Assembly: GCF_006345805.1 (NCBI RefSeq)
Contig: NC_043001.1
Span: forward strand, 15,748,001-15,812,000
DNA: 64,000 nt
Direction: 5' to 3'
DNA from: Octopus sinensis
Taxonomy: Eukaryota
The notes under the pieces are model-generated. The model did no database searches. It was not told the DNA's origin and saw only the letters and a list, made by a program, of their open reading frames with translations. Made by a program: the position numbers and the translations under genes. Below are positions 37,562 to 52,235 of the stretch, piece by piece. The stretch's first letter is position 1; every line of letters begins with the position of its first letter.

Positions 37562-38205
37562 ACTGGCACTCTGTTGGTTACGATGATGAGGGTTGCAGTT
37601 GAATCGATGAACAGAACAGCCTGTTCATGAAATCAACGGGCATGTGGCTGAGTACCACCCAGACATGAGAACTGTTAACATAGTGGGATCACGAGGTTTC
37701 AGCATGATACAGCATGTAACAAGGCTGGCCCCTTTGAAATACAGGTACTACTCATTTTTGCCAGATGATGCCAGCGCCGCCTAGACTGGCTTCCGTGCCG
37801 GTGGCACGTAAAAAGCACCATCCGAATGTGGCCGATGCCAGCGCCGCCTTGACTGGCTTCCGTGCCGGTGGCATGTAAAATGCACCCATCCGTTCGTGGA
37901 CATTGCCATCCTCGCCTGGCACCTGTGCCGGTGGCACGTAAAAAGCACCCAATGCACTCTCGGAGTGGTTGGCGTTAGGAAGGGCATCCAGCCGTAGAAA
38001 CTCTGCCAGATCAGACTGGAACCTGGTGCAGCCTTCTGGCTCCCAGACCCCAGTTGAACCGTCCAACCCATGCTAGCATGGAAAGTGGACGTTAAATGAT
38101 GATGAGTGGACTGGAGTAACATGAAATAAAGTGTCTCACTCAAGGACACAACATGTCACCAGAAATTGAACTTACGACCTTGGGATTACGACCCAAATAC
38201 CCCAA
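37562..38205 (-). mobile_element. SINE family C interrupted by an RTE tail (37775-38104, +)
   Basis: ctcatttttgccag|...gatgatga|gtggactggag resumes the SINE C consensus. Confidence 0.8.
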
Positions 38206-38769
38206 CCACAAACATATGGTCATGGGTTTAATTCCCAGCGATGCATTGTGTCCTTGAGCAAGACCCTTCATTTCATGTTGCTCGGGGCCATGCAATTAGC
38301 AAAAATTAATTGTATCGGGATTTCAAAGAGGCCAGCCTTGTTACATTCTGTGTCACGCTGAATACCCCTGAGGAAAACATTAAGGGTACACATGTCTATG
38401 GAGTACTCAGCCGGTTGCATGTTAATTTCACAAACGGTCTGTTCCATCGAATGGATCAACTGGAACCCTTGATCGAGTACCCCTTTTTGGTTCTTTTTCT
38501 GCATGTGTGTGAGTATCATCATCATCGAAATCAGCTTAGAATGTCTGCTTCTCCAATCTTCCATGGGTCAGATGGAATTTGTTGAGGCAGATTTTGTTTG
38601 TTTTTTTTTTTGGCTGGATGCTCTTTCTGCTGCTAACCCTCATGTGTTTCCAAGCAAGGTAATATTTCCCAGAGGCCAGAAAGTTTTCCATGCAAGACTG
38701 GAAATGGAAACCTCTACGTTTATATGACAAGTGGCGCTGTTCTACAACAATCAAATGATGTCAAGACAA

Positions 38770-39328
38770 GCAGACACACACATGCACACACATACACACA
38801 TACACACACACGCACGCACACATATGCATAGACACACATACACACACAGGTGCATACACAGGCAAGCACTCACACACACAGACAGACACACACAGATGCA
38901 TACACACACATGCATGCATAGACACACACACAGATGCATACACATGCATGCAGACACACAGATGCATGCACATAGACACACACAGATGCATACACACACA
39001 TGCATGCACATAGACACACACAGACACAGACACACACAGATGCATACACACACAGATGCATACACACATGCATGCATAGACACACACACAGATGCATACA
39101 CACACATGCATGCACATAGACACACACAGATGCATACACACACAGATGCATACACACACATGCATGCATAGACACACACACAGATGCATACACACACATG
39201 CATGCACATAGACACACACAGATGCATACACACACATGCATGCATAGACACACACACAGATGCATACACAGGCACGCACTCACAAATGCATGCACACACA
39301 CACACACACACACAGACGCATACACATG

Positions 39329-39357
<29 letters not shown>
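38770..39357. repeat. CA-rich minisatellite (acagatgcatacacacacatgcatgcatagac units)
   Basis: Direct inspection. Confidence 0.9.
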
Positions 39358-39359
<2 letters not shown>

Positions 39360-39921
39360 AGACAATGACAAAGATGATTATTAGGGAAATAATAACAATA
39401 ATAACAATGATGATGATGATGATGATTGTTATGATGATAATAATGACAACGATGATGATGATGATTACGATGGTGCCGATAATTACGGCTGCTAATGACG
39501 ATAACGACAATGACTGATTGTGATGATGACACTGACACCCACCTTTCAAAAAAAATTCAAATAAAAAACACTAAAAGAAGCTAGAACAATTTTAGTTGGT
39601 CCATGTAAAAGACCCGGCCTCGCCCACCCCAATCCATTGCCCAATTGCCCCCCCCTCCTCCAATGCCAACAACTGTTTTATAGGTAGAAAGTGGGTGGGG
39701 GGGCATGTTGTATGAGTCACAGTAATGGCAACAGTGTTGTTGTTGTTGCAAGCAAAATACCAGAGAGGGAGTGGGGTGGGGAGGAGAGGAAGGGGAGGGT
39801 GGAAACTGTGTAATTAAAATAAATGGTTCCAAAGAGTCAAAACAACCACCAGAGAGAAATATACACAATAATGGTATATAACACACACATACGGTGATGT
39901 GTACACGGATACAGTTTATAT

Positions 39922-39952
<31 letters not shown>

Positions 39953-40355
39953 CACACACACATGCAAATACACATATATACACACATATATATATATATA
40001 TACACATATATATCTAGATACACACACACATATACATACACATATACATATACATACATATATATATATATATATATACACATATAGATACACACATACA
40101 TACACACACACATATATATAATAACAAAATAATAAATAAAATATGCATATATACATACATATGTATCTACATCTATATGTATATATACATGCATATATGG
40201 GTACAGGAGACATATATATATACATACACACACACAACCTCAAGCATACACAGATACATATATAGACAGATACACACACACACACTTATGCATACCAATG
40301 TATTATATACATATCTATTATATACATATCTATGTATTATATACATATCTATTAA

Positions 40356-40585
40356 GGCGGCGAGCTGGCAGAAACGTTAGCACGCCGGGCGAAATGCGTA
40401 GCCGTATTTCGTCTGCCGTTACGTTCTGGGTTCAAATTCCGCCGAGGTCGACTTTGCCTTTCATCCTTTCGGGGTCGATAAATTAAGTACCAGTTACGCA
40501 CTGGGGTCGATGTAATCGACTTAATCCGTTCGTCTGTCCTTGTTTGTCTCCTCTGTGTTTAGCCCCTTGTGGGTAGTAAAGAAAT
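40356..40585 (+). mobile_element. SINE family A, full length
   Basis: Near-consensus copy. Confidence 0.9.
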
Positions 40586-40991
40586 ATATATACATATCTA
40601 TACATCCACACACACACACACACAGAAAAACACATACGAGTATAAATTTTCATGTATGCGTCTACTAGACTTACCAAAACACAGAAATACAAACATAAAA
40701 ACACACACACACGTGTGCGCAAGAGTACACCCCAACCACTTCCAAAGAAAAGTTGCAGTTTTTCAGGAATTCTAATTGATGCTGTTAATTATAGGTTTAA
40801 GAATGAAATTAACTTCTAGCCTGATATTGTCGTGTCTTGTTGCTGGCAGGAGAGAGATATTGGTGAGGTGAACGGTTGATTTGTAAGTTAGCCCTGGGAG
40901 TTATACCATCACTGGCTCCCACACACACAGACCAGACACTGCCCCCATTAAATACACACAATCATATTACCATACACGCATATATACCTAT

Positions 40992-41285
40992 GTGGAGGCA
41001 AATGGCCTAGTGGTTAGAGCAGCGGACTCGCAGTCAAGGGATCGTGGGTTCGAATCTCAGACCTAACGATGTGTATGTTTACGAGCGAAACACCTAAGCT
41101 CCACGCGGCTCCAGCAGAAGGTAATGGTGAAACTTCTGCTGACTCTTTCGCCACAACTTTCTCTCACTCTTTCCTCCTGCAGTACACCTGTGATGGACCG
41201 GCGTCCCGTCCAGGTGGGGAACCTATACGCCAAAGAAACCGGAAAACCGGCCCTTATGAGCCAGGCATGGCCCGAGAAGGAACAA
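40992..41285 (+). mobile_element. SINE family E (V-domain-like)
   Basis: Second copy of the 5951-6256 element. Confidence 0.8.
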
Positions 41286-41344
41286 TATACATATACATAT
41301 ATATGCATACACCTACACATCTAGGAATATGGTTGAGGGCACCT

Positions 41345-41672
41345 GCCACCTGTGAATTTTGGTCATGCATGACCATGGGGTTGCACCAAGAAAGTTACCC
41401 TCTGAGGTACAAGTCTGCGCAAGGTTGTGTATGGAAGACCAGCAGTCGCCCATGCATAGAGGCCTGCCCCTCTCTTGCCATAAATGTTGTCCAAGGCCAA
41501 TACATCTTGGCCCCATTGATGTTGCAACTCATTTCTACAGATGAGTGAACTGGAACAACGTGAAATGAAGTGTCCTGCTCAAGAATACAACACACAGCAC
41601 AGCCTGGGAATCGAACTCACAACCTCACGGCTGTAAGCCCAATGCTCTAACCACTGAGCCATGCACTTTCAC
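41345..41672 (-). mobile_element. tRNA-derived SINE family D
   Basis: Reverse complement of 41882-42229. Confidence 0.75.
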
Positions 41673-41881
41673 ATTCAGAAGTATATATATTAGGTGCAAG
41701 AGTGACTGTGTGGTAAGTAGCTTGCTTACGAACCACATGGTTCTGGGTTCAGTCCCACTGCGTGACACCTTGGGCAAGTGTCTTCTACTGTAGCCTTGGG
41801 CCGACCAAATCCTTGTGAGTGAATTTGGCAGACGGAAACTGAAAGAAGCCCGTCATGTGTATATGTGTGTGTGTGTGTGTA

Positions 41882-42229
41882 TGAAGGTGCATGGGTCAGT
41901 GGTTAGAGCGTTGAACTTATGACCATGAGGTTCCCAGTTCGAATCCTGGACCGGGCTGGGTGTTGTGTTCTTGAGCAACACATAGCCGCTTGCTCCACGT
42001 TATTTCCGTTGCTCAGTTCACTACGTGTAGAAATGAGTTGCGACGTCACTGGTGCCAAGCTGTATCGACCTTTGTCTTTCCCTTGGATAACACTGGTGGC
42101 GTGGAGAGGGGAGGCTGGTATGTATGGGCGACTGCTGGTCTTCCATAAACAACCTTGCTCGGACTTGTGCTTGGGAGAGTAACTTCCTAGGTGCAATGCC
42201 ATGGTCATTCGTGACCGAAGGGGGTCTCC
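41882..42229 (+). mobile_element. tRNA-derived SINE family D
   Basis: tcagtggttagagcg head; cttgagcaa core; gggcgactgctggtcttccata domain. Confidence 0.75.
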
Positions 42230-44002
42230 GAATATATATAATGATTTAGAAAGGGACATATAATATTGAAATTCAAAAATTCTCCAAAACTGACATGCCA
42301 TTAAGGAAAAGAACAGGCTTATTGTTTGGAGACAAAAGGACAGCCATGGACACAAGTTTCTAGCCCAATAGCCTTTGTCAGTATGAGGAGTTTTGGTTTG
42401 CCATGCTTGGAAATACATGACTGTTAGCAACAGGAAAGGCATCTGGCTGTGGAAAATATGTCTCATCAAATTCCATCTGATCCATGCAAGCACGGTAAAG
42501 TGGACAGTGATGATTATAATGATGATGCTGAAGAGAAATTCTTACCAATTCTTCAACAGAGTTCCTTTTGTCAAAATATGAAAACACATTTCCGAGTCAG
42601 ATGTCAACTGTCTGAAGTAATTAAGTCAAATCAATAATTGTAATATATTATGACAGGAAACCTTAAACTAGAACCTTCAGTGACATAGGGATGGAATTAG
42701 GGTTCTCCACCATCAAATATTATTAGTGCCTCTCTAACACCCACCACCACACTGTGCTATAGGATTACTAAAACAGACCAGAACTAATCCATTACAGATA
42801 TGTAAACATAGTTAGGAGATGCCAGATTTGGTATCCTGGTGTATTAGAATACACCCCTTTAAATTCTGAGTTCAAATCCTAACAAAGTTGATAAAATAGG
42901 AACTGGATTCAATGGCATTTACTCCCCAAGACCTCCCATACTCCGCTATTGTAAAAAATTTACAAAAATCCCCCATTTTTGGAGTTTAAGGGGCTTGAGG
43001 GAGAAAATGCCCTTCATCGATCTCGATAGCAAATTTAGCATTTAGCATTTTCAATTTCCACAATTTTAAAATTTTCACTCCACACTATTATACATGGCAC
43101 CAGTGCCTTTTCATGTGGCACCAGCATAGGTGCCTTTGTATGTGGCACCAGCATGGGTGCTTTTTACATGGCACCAACAGGGTCCAACAAATACACATAC
43201 ATGCACACACACACACACAACACATTCTGGTATGAAAACAGCAAATGGAGAACGTGACATTGGGAGTTAAGAAGTGTTCTTTAAAACACTGAATTTTTTC
43301 TAGAGCTGTTCTATTCATGCCAGCATAGAAAACACAAAATGGTAATGTTGAGACAAAATGGGTTTCCATACATTTTCTGCTACCATATTTCACTAACAGA
43401 ACATTGATCAAAGGCATAATTAACCCAGAAACTATTCCAAAAAATTTACATTCTCCTCGTTTCTCGTTTAGAACAGGTAAAAAATAAAAACAATCCCCAA
43501 CACACATTCATAATATTTTTCTAATTTATCTCACACTACAAGATTTAGTTTCATGGTTTTTCACACCTTTTCTTATTAAAATGTTGGCTTTTTAAAGTAA
43601 CAATCACTTTGTGAAAGAATCATGATAGCAATTTTAAACATACATTGATCATAACAGTTAATTATTTTTATGCGTGTAATTGTTTTGTGTAACAGTGTGT
43701 GGTATAGTATATACTGTAAAGTGTCAAAAATTATTGTACATTGGTGCTTTTCAATCACATGGTTCAGGTTTCAAACCCACTGCATGGCACTATGGGCAAG
43801 TGTCTTCTACCAAAAGCCTTGGGAATGGATTTCATATCCATTCCAAGATTTGTATTTTCTTTGTTCTTAGATGACTGAAAGAAACCTATCGTGTGTGTGT
43901 GCGCGTATTTTTGTCCTTCACTAATGCTTAACAACTGCTGTTGGTGTGTTTACATCCTGACAACTTAGCAGGTTGGTAAAAGAGACCAACAGAAAAAGTG
44001 CC

Positions 44003-44411
44003 AAAGTGCCTTACTGGCAATTGTGCCCATGCTAGTAGGGTGCCAAGAGCACCATCCAAGAGTGATCGTTGCCAGAGCGGCTAACTGGCTTCTGTGCCGG
44101 TGGCACATAAAAGGCACCATTCGAGCATGATCATTACCAGGGTCGCCTTACTGGCACCTGTGCTGGAGGCATGTGTAAAAAGATTCGAGCAAGGCTGTTG
44201 CCAGTACCGCCTGACTGGCCCCATGCCAGTGGCACGTAAAAGCACCCACTACACTCTCGGAGTGGTTGGCATTAGGAAGGACATCCAGCTGTAGAAACTC
44301 TGCCAGATCAAGATTGAAGCCTGGTGCACCATCTGGTTCGCGAGCCATCAGTCAAAATCGTCCAACCCATGTTAGCATGCAAAGCGGGCGTTAAAAGATG
44401 ATGATGATGAT
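44003..44411 (+). mobile_element. RTE 3' UTR fragment with tandem units and (GAT)n tail
   Basis: Same tail as 27821-28474. Confidence 0.8.
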
Positions 44412-44622
44412 AAAATACAAGGGTAATTTTATTCAGCTAAAAATCTTCTGAGTGGATTTGGTAGATGGAAACTGGAAGAAGCCTTGCCAAATCAGAATGG
44501 AGCCTGGTGCAGCGTCCTGCTTCCCAGACCCCGGTCGAACTGTCCACCCATGCTAGCATGGAAAACAGGCATTAAACGATGATGTGTGTGCATATGTTTG
44601 TGTGTCTGTGTTTGTCCCCCAA

Positions 44623-44952
44623 AAGGATGAAAGGCAAAGTCGACCTTGGCGGAATTTGAACTCAGAATGTAACAACAGACGAAATAGGGCTACGCATTTC
44701 GCCCGGTGTGCTAATGTTTCTTATTTCTTTATTGCCCACAAGGGGTTAAATATAGAGGGGACAAACAAGGACAGACAAACGGATTAAGTCGATTACATCG
44801 ACCCCAGTGCGTAACTGGTACTTATTTAAACGACCCCGAAAGGATGAAAGGCAAAGTCGACCTTGGCAGAATTTGAACTCAGAACATAAAGACAGACAAA
44901 ATACCACTAAGCATTTCACCCAGCGTGCTAATGATTCTGCCAGCTTGCCACC
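44623..44952 (-). mobile_element. SINE family A, two overlapping copies
   Basis: Consensus match. Confidence 0.8.
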
Positions 44953-46539
44953 TTACTATATCATAATTTATTAACGAGAATGCAGGTGAAAGCATGATTA
45001 AAGTGTAAAGGTAGAGAAAACAGACAGGTGTGACATTTAGTTCAGTTAAGAGGTTTATTCAAGAATAACAGAGATGATAGAATATTAAGCAGTGAGGTGT
45101 GAAAGTATAGAAAGGTGAGTAAATCAGGAAATATTTCAGGTGTAAAAGACAAGAACACAGGTGGAAATCAGTGAATTGAAATGAAAAGTGGTTTTGCCAC
45201 ATGGAAACAGCGATAATTTGGAGAAGGAATGAGGATGGGTTAGAATGAAACTAATAACTTTCTCTCCCTGTTCTGTTGTAATCGTCAGACCGTGAAATAT
45301 AGAAATATCAATAACATGAATAAAGAAGATTTAGTGAGGAAGGACTTGACAGGTAAATGCTGGGGGGAGCTGTTAATTTCTCCCTCCCTCTCTCTCTCTC
45401 TCGTTATGCACAACACACACGAGATATACATATAGATACATACACACACATATATACATGCACACACGAGATATACATACATATATACATACATACACAC
45501 GCACACACACGATATAGATATACATACGTACACACATATACATATAGACACACATACATACACACACACACGCACACACATGCATACATACACCCACACA
45601 CATCTCTACACACATATACACACATACATCCACACACATACATACACATGCATACACACACATATACACATACATACACATACATACATACACACACGTA
45701 CACAAACACATACATCCACACACACATGCATGCATTCACACATGCATACATACATACACACATATACTCATACATACACACACGCACACACTCACACACA
45801 TACATACACACATATGTATTATAATCATTTAATGCTTATTTTCCATGTTGGAATGGGTTGGGCAGTTTGACAAGAATAAGCAAATCAGAACACTACACCA
45901 AACTCTGCTCTCTCTCTCTCTCCGTATATATATATATATATGTAAATGTAATATGTGACAATTATTCAGTAGCCATGATAAAACTCCGAGTTTCGGATGC
46001 CGAGGTGGAAATCCACACTGCCATCTCTTCAGTTATCCAGCCATCGGAAAAATGCTATGAAAAATAGCATTACTGAACAATTGTCACATATTATATTTAC
46101 AGATAAATTCCTCTATTTACATAATATCGAGGTCTCTTTCATTCTTTTGTTGTCTTACCTTTTCTATCAATATATATATATATATGCGTGTGTGTGTGTT
46201 TGTGTGTGTGTGTGTATATATTATTTTAAAATTAAGGATAAAATCTATATCAGATTTTATCAGGTAGTTAGCATGCAATCAACCATTTCATGAATCTGTG
46301 GTACTAACACACACAAAGTTTCATGAAACTTTGTGGTACTAACACTGGAGAGATCAGTAAGTCCTTGGTGACAAAGGACCAGACGGATCACATGACCCAA
46401 CATTTTATCAGATCATTTAGCCAGTATGAATGGTGATGGGTGGTTTTGTAAAGGGCAAATATGGAAGAACAATGGTGACATAAATTGATCTTTTAGAGAA
46501 GTTGAGAGAGTGAAATTCACACACACACACACACTTTTA

Positions 46540-47135
46540 CTCTTTTACTTGACTACGGCCATGCTGGAGCACTGCCTTTAGTCGAGCAAATCGACCTCAG
46601 GACTTATTCTTTGTAAGCCTAGTACTTATTCTATCGGTCTCTTTTGCCGAACCGCTAAGTTGTTAAATTACAGTGACGTAAACACACCAGCATCGGTTGT
46701 CAAGCGATGTTGGGGGGGACAAACATCTACACACAAACAGACACATATATATATATACATATATACGACGGGCTTCTTTCAGTTTCCATCTACCATATCC
46801 ACTCACAAGGCTTTGGACGGCCCGAGGCTATAGTAGAAGACACTTGAACAGGGTGCCATGCAGTGGGACTGAACCTGGAACCATGTGGTTGGTAAGCAAG
46901 CTGCTTACCATACAGCCACTCCTATGTCTACACATGAATCACAAACGAAAATCACAGTTATATGCAAGTATGGCAGTATGGTAAGAAGTTTGCTTCTCGA
47001 CCACATGGTTCTGGGTTCAGTCCCACTGCATGGCACGTTGGGCTATAGCTAAAGACACTTGCCCAAGGTGCCATGCAGTGGGATTGAACACAGAACCATG
47101 TAGTTGGGAAGTAAGCTTCTTACCACACAGCCACA
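46540..47135. mobile_element. SINE family B full copy (-) plus rearranged head fragments
   Basis: Consensus match. Confidence 0.75.
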
Positions 47136-47141
47136 CCTACA

Positions 47142-47200
<59 letters not shown>

Positions 47201-47556
47201 AACATATATATATATATATATGTATGAATATATATATATATGCACAGATATACTTGTGTATATGTGAAAGTTATATGGGGTCCCCTCTGCTTCTAATAGA
47301 TGGGGGATCTCTGGAGACTAAGATAAATGAATTCTAGGAAAAGATAAGCACTCACCCTTCATCATAAAAGATAATAAGTGAGTTATGACTAGAAGAATGC
47401 AAGGATTGTTTGTGATAAGGAGTGGGGGGTGGGGGGGGGGAGAAGGGACCAGATCATGCCCACAGGCTTATATACACACATACACACATATATATACACA
47501 CACACATACAAACATATATATGAACATACATGACATATTTATGTTTTATTATCCAT

Positions 47557-47592
<36 letters not shown>

Positions 47593-47836
47593 TATATATA
47601 CATACATACACAAGCATATATATGAATATATACATGACATATATACATACAAAAATGTAAATACATAAATATTACAAACACACACACATATAAAAACACA
47701 CACACACACACACATATATAAAAACACACACACACACACACATATATAAAAACACACACACACACACACATATATAAAAACACACACACACACACACATA
47801 TATAAACACACCACACACACACATATAAAAACACAC

Positions 47837-47876
<40 letters not shown>

Positions 47877-48514
47877 CATATATAAACACACATATATGGA
47901 CACACACTGGTTACCAGCTTCTCATTAGCATCTTATCATGGTGAGCGTCAACTCCAAGACATCTGATCGGAATGACTTATTCCGGAATCTGTTTCCCATT
48001 CTGTATTTACCACCAACCAGGAACAACAGTGCCAGGAATGAACCAATGAGGGTAACCCTATGTGGTTGCCCAGCAGACTAGAAAAAGCAGGCTCTCATAT
48101 TACAAATCCCTCTAAAATTTACACCCTATGATCTTCATAAAGAATAAATTGGAAAGTGGTGTCCAAAAAAACACAGTTGGAGAGGTCATGGCTGGAATGC
48201 TTTTAGTTTTGGTTAAGTGATATGGCTAGTGAAATAAACATTGAATGCTCTCTAAGACAACTATTATAAAAAGAGGCACGCTGGCACAATTGTTAGCACA
48301 GCAGACAAAATGTCATTAAACATCCCTATGTTCTGGGTTCAAATACAGCCAGGGTTGGTCAACCCCTCCACTCGCCGATCTTTTCAGTGGTTGTAGGAAG
48401 GGCATCCAGCTGTAGAAACTCTGCCAGATCAGACTGGAGCCTGGCGCAGCCATCTGGTTCGCCAGTCCTCAGTCAAATCGTCCAACCCATGCTAGCATGG
48501 AACGTGGACATTAA

Positions 48515-48546
<32 letters not shown>

Positions 48547-48691
48547 AAAATAAGTACCAGTTGTGCCCTGGGGTCAATGTAATTCGACTTAGCCCCTTCC
48601 TCGAAATTGTTGGCCTTGAGTCAAAATTTGAATCCATTATTATTTTAATACAGTTCTATATTTAATTATTATTATATTATTATTTTGTTAT

Positions 48692-49050
48692 TTCCTTAGT
48701 TTGTCCATTGTTGTTGGAGATGACCAAGGAGATCATGTGGGAGAAGAAGCCCGGTTGCACTGTGTCCAGCTGTGGCTAAACTGTCCGATGTGTGCTTGGA
48801 AGGCCCTATCACAGATCAGGCATTGGTGGACAGTTGGGACAGAAGACAACGTGCCACCTCTGGACTTGTGGAGTCTGCGTTTTCGTTGTGCCTCAGAAAT
48901 CCTGTCCTGTTCATAGAAGGTGGTGTCTCTGCTAGTGCCACTTCACCAGGCAGGGCAGTATTGTGCTTGTATTTCCGAAACATTGGTGCGTCAAACAAAA
49001 TGCTTAGTCACATTACTTCCAGCTCTGGGCATTTGTTCTCATTCTTCAAG
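48692..49050 (-). pseudogene. RTE-type LINE C-terminus (C2H2-like motif) and 3' end
   Basis: Minus frame AQYCPAW*SGTSRDTTFYEQDRISEAQRKRRLHKSRGGTLSSVPTVHQCLICDRAFQAHIGQFSHSWTQ; matches the RTE CxxCxRxFxxxIGLxSH motif. Confidence 0.75.
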
Positions 49051-49372
49051 TTCTGAGTTCAAATCCCATCATGGTTAACTTTGCCTTTCATCCATCCCAG
49101 TGAGATACTGGGGTCAATGGCCCCAATTAAACCCCCTCCCCTACTCAAAATTAATTAGAAAGCAACTAATAGAATCATTAACAAGTTGGATAATATGCAC
49201 AGTGGTATTTCTCCTGGCCCTTAATGTTCTGGGTTCAAAATTCTGTCATCCTTTCAGAGTCAATAAAATACCAGTTGAGTATTGGGGATGATGCAATTGA
49301 CTTACCTGCTCCCTTAAAATTGCTGGCCTTGTGCCAGAATTTGGAATCATTATTATGGTTATTATTATCATA

Positions 49373-49539
49373 GGTGTAGGAGTGGCTGTGTGGTAAGTAG
49401 CTTGCTAACGAACCACATGGTTCCGGGTTCAGTCACGCTGCGTGACACCTTGGGCAAGTGTCTTCTACTATAGCCTCAGGCCGACCAAAGCCTTGTGAGT
49501 GGATTTGGTAGACGGAAACTGAAAGAAACCCATCATATA

Positions 49540-49597
<58 letters not shown>

Positions 49598-49837
49598 TAT
49601 TAATATATATATATATGCATGTTTGTAAGTGTGTGGGTATATGTCTGTGTGTCTGTGTTTGTCCCCCTAATGCTGGGGTGTTTACGCCCCCAAAAAACTT
49701 AGCGGTTCGGCAAAAGAGACTGATAGAATAAGTACTAGGCTTACAAAGAATAAATCCTGGGGTGAATTTGCTCGACTAAAGGTGGTGCTCCAGCATGGCC
49801 GCAATCAAATGACTGAAACAAGTAAAAGAGTAAAAGA
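49373..49837 (+). mobile_element. SINE family B, full length
   Basis: Consensus match. Confidence 0.9.
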
Positions 49838-50053
49838 CCATTATTAAGGCGGTGAACTGGAAGAACCGTCAGTACACCAGGTGAACTGCCTAGCAATATT
49901 TTGTCTGCTGTTATGTTTTGAGTTCAAATTCCACCAAGGTTGACTTTGCCTTTCATCCTTCTCGGGTCAATGAAATAAGTACCAGTGAAATACTGGGGTC
50001 GATGTAATCGACTAGTCCCCTCCCACATAATTTCAGGCCTTGTGCCTATAGTA

Positions 50054-50410
50054 TTGGGTTGTTCGGACAGTTCGTGCCGATTTTTAAAGGAAAGAAAAAG
50101 TTCAATAAATACTTGCCATTACATTTTTAATCAACCAAATATGAACCATTTTGTTGCACAATGCGTCTCCATCTTTCCTTTAACTTGAAAATACCCTCTT
50201 CCCAGAATTGAGGTGGTTTTATGGCAAAGAATTCATCAAGGTATCTTTTTTACGTCATCCAAGGAATCAAAATTTTTACCATTAAGACTATTCTGCAGAG
50301 ACCTGAATAAGTGGAAATCCGAAGGAGCAATATCTGGTGAATATTGAGGGTTGGGTAACACATCCCAGCTGAGCTGCAGCAATTTTTGTCTGGTACCCAA
50401 AGCATCAAGT
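50054..50410 (-). mobile_element. Mariner transposon 3' fragment with TIR
   Basis: Minus frame QKLLQLSWDVLPNPQYSPDIAPSDFHLFRSLQNSLNGKNF...ERWRRIVQQNGSYLVD* (YSPDxAPxD motif), one frameshift; TIR ttgggttgttcggacagttcgtgccg after TA. Confidence 0.9.
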
Positions 50411-50582
50411 GCCGAAAATGAACTTTCTTATCTTCTATTTTAAAGGGTTACAGAATTAACACAGGTAAATAGGAATATAAATATTCTTCCATGAAAAGAT
50501 AGCTTAAACTGTGCTCTAAATGGAGGTGTAGTCAAATCCTATTTTATGGACTCAATCACGTTCTAAATTTAGTGGAAAGGTC

Positions 50583-51360
50583 ATCATCATCATCATCGTC
50601 GTTTAACATCCGCTTTCCATGCTAGCATGGGTTGGACGATTTTGACTGAGGGCTGGCGAACCAGATGGCTGCACCAGGCTCCAATCTTGATCTGGCAGAG
50701 TTTCTACAGCTGGATGCCCTTCCTAACGCCAACCACTCCGAGAGTGTAGTGGATGCTTTTTACATGTCACCAGCATGGGCACCAGTCAGGTGGTACTGGC
50801 AACGGCCTCGCTTGAATCTTTTTACATGTGCCAGTGAAGCGATGTTGATAATGATTACGCTCGAATGGTGCCCTTTTATGTGCCATGGGTACGGAAGCCA
50901 GTTGGCTGCTCTGGCAACGATCACGCTCGGATTAGCACCCTACTAGCACATGCACAAGTGCCAGTAAGGCGATGAGCTGGCAGAATCGTTAGCACACCGG
51001 GCGAAATGCTTAGCGGTATTTCGTCTGCGTTACGTTGTGAGTTCAAATTCTGCCGAGGTCGACTTTGCCTTTCATCCTTTCGGGGTCGATAAATTAAGTA
51101 CCAGTTACGCACTGGGGTCGATGTAATCGACTTAATACCTATGTCTGTCCATGTTTGTCCCCTCTGTGTTTAGCCCCTTGTGGGTAATAAAGAAATAGGT
51201 AATGATCACACTCGAATGGTGCCCTTTTATGTGCCACTGGTACGGAAGCTGGTTAGCCGCTCTGTCAACGATCACACTCATATGGTGCTCTTTGCACCCC
51301 GCTAGCACGGATGCCAGTCATCGAATTGATTTTGGTTTTGATTTCACTTGCCTCAACAAG
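50583..51360 (-). mobile_element. RTE 3' UTR interrupted by a SINE A copy (50968-51197, +)
   Basis: (CAT)n tail at 50583; tandem units resume after aagaaata. Confidence 0.8.
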
Positions 51361-51819
51361 CTACTATGAATTGGCATGAACTTTCCAGACAACCCAATAG
51401 AAAGCATTATTGTTATTATTATTATTAAGGCAGTGAGCTGGCAGAATCTCTCTGTAAATATCCAGCGAGAGGAGTTTATCTATAATTTTTCAGAAGAAAG
51501 AAGGTGTTACTTTAAATATAATTATCTCTCAGGATAAATGATGCTTGAGGCTCAAGTTTCACTTATATTTCTCAAGTGTCACTCACTGAAGTGAAGATTG
51601 AAATAATATAAGAACTAATAGTGCTTGTAAAGAAAAAAAAATGCCAACCTCCTGCTGACAACTGAATCACTCCATCCCACCCTCCACTCATGTTCTCAAC
51701 TTGTTATTAAAAAGTGGCCCCACTGGCTTTTGGTGATAACTACTGAGAAGGGGTTCCTAGATTTTCTTCTTCTTAACGTGGTGAGCTTGTAGAATCATTA
51801 AAATTAAGGCCCAGAGGAG

Positions 51820-52235
51820 GCTTTGTGGTAAGAAGCTTGCTTCCCAACTACATGGTTCTGGGTTCAGTCCCACTACGTGACGCCTTAGGCTAGTGACTTC
51901 TACTAAAGCCTCGGGCCAACCAAAACCTTGTTAGTGGATTTTGTAGGTGGAAACTGAAAGAAGCCTGTCGTGTATATATGTGTGTGTGTGTGTGTGTATA
52001 TATGTATATATATTCATGTATGTGTGTCTTTGTGTCTGTGTTTGTCCCCCTACCCAACATTGCTTGACAACCGAATTTGGTGCACTTATGCCCCCAAACT
52101 GAGCAGTTCAGCGAAAGGGACCGATAGAATAAGTACTAAGCTTACAAAGAATAAGTCCTGTGGTCGATTTGCTCAACTAAAGGTGGTGCTCCAGCATGGC
52201 CATTGTCAAATGACTGAAACAAGTAAAAGAGTAAA
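51820..52235 (+). mobile_element. SINE family B (CpG-decayed)
   Basis: Consensus match. Confidence 0.8.

Noticed and set aside
43088-43507. 139-aa minus ORF and overlapping plus exon-like segment 43400-43476
   Set aside because: Starts and ends in repeats, has no homology signal, and its phase is incompatible with the next plus candidate.
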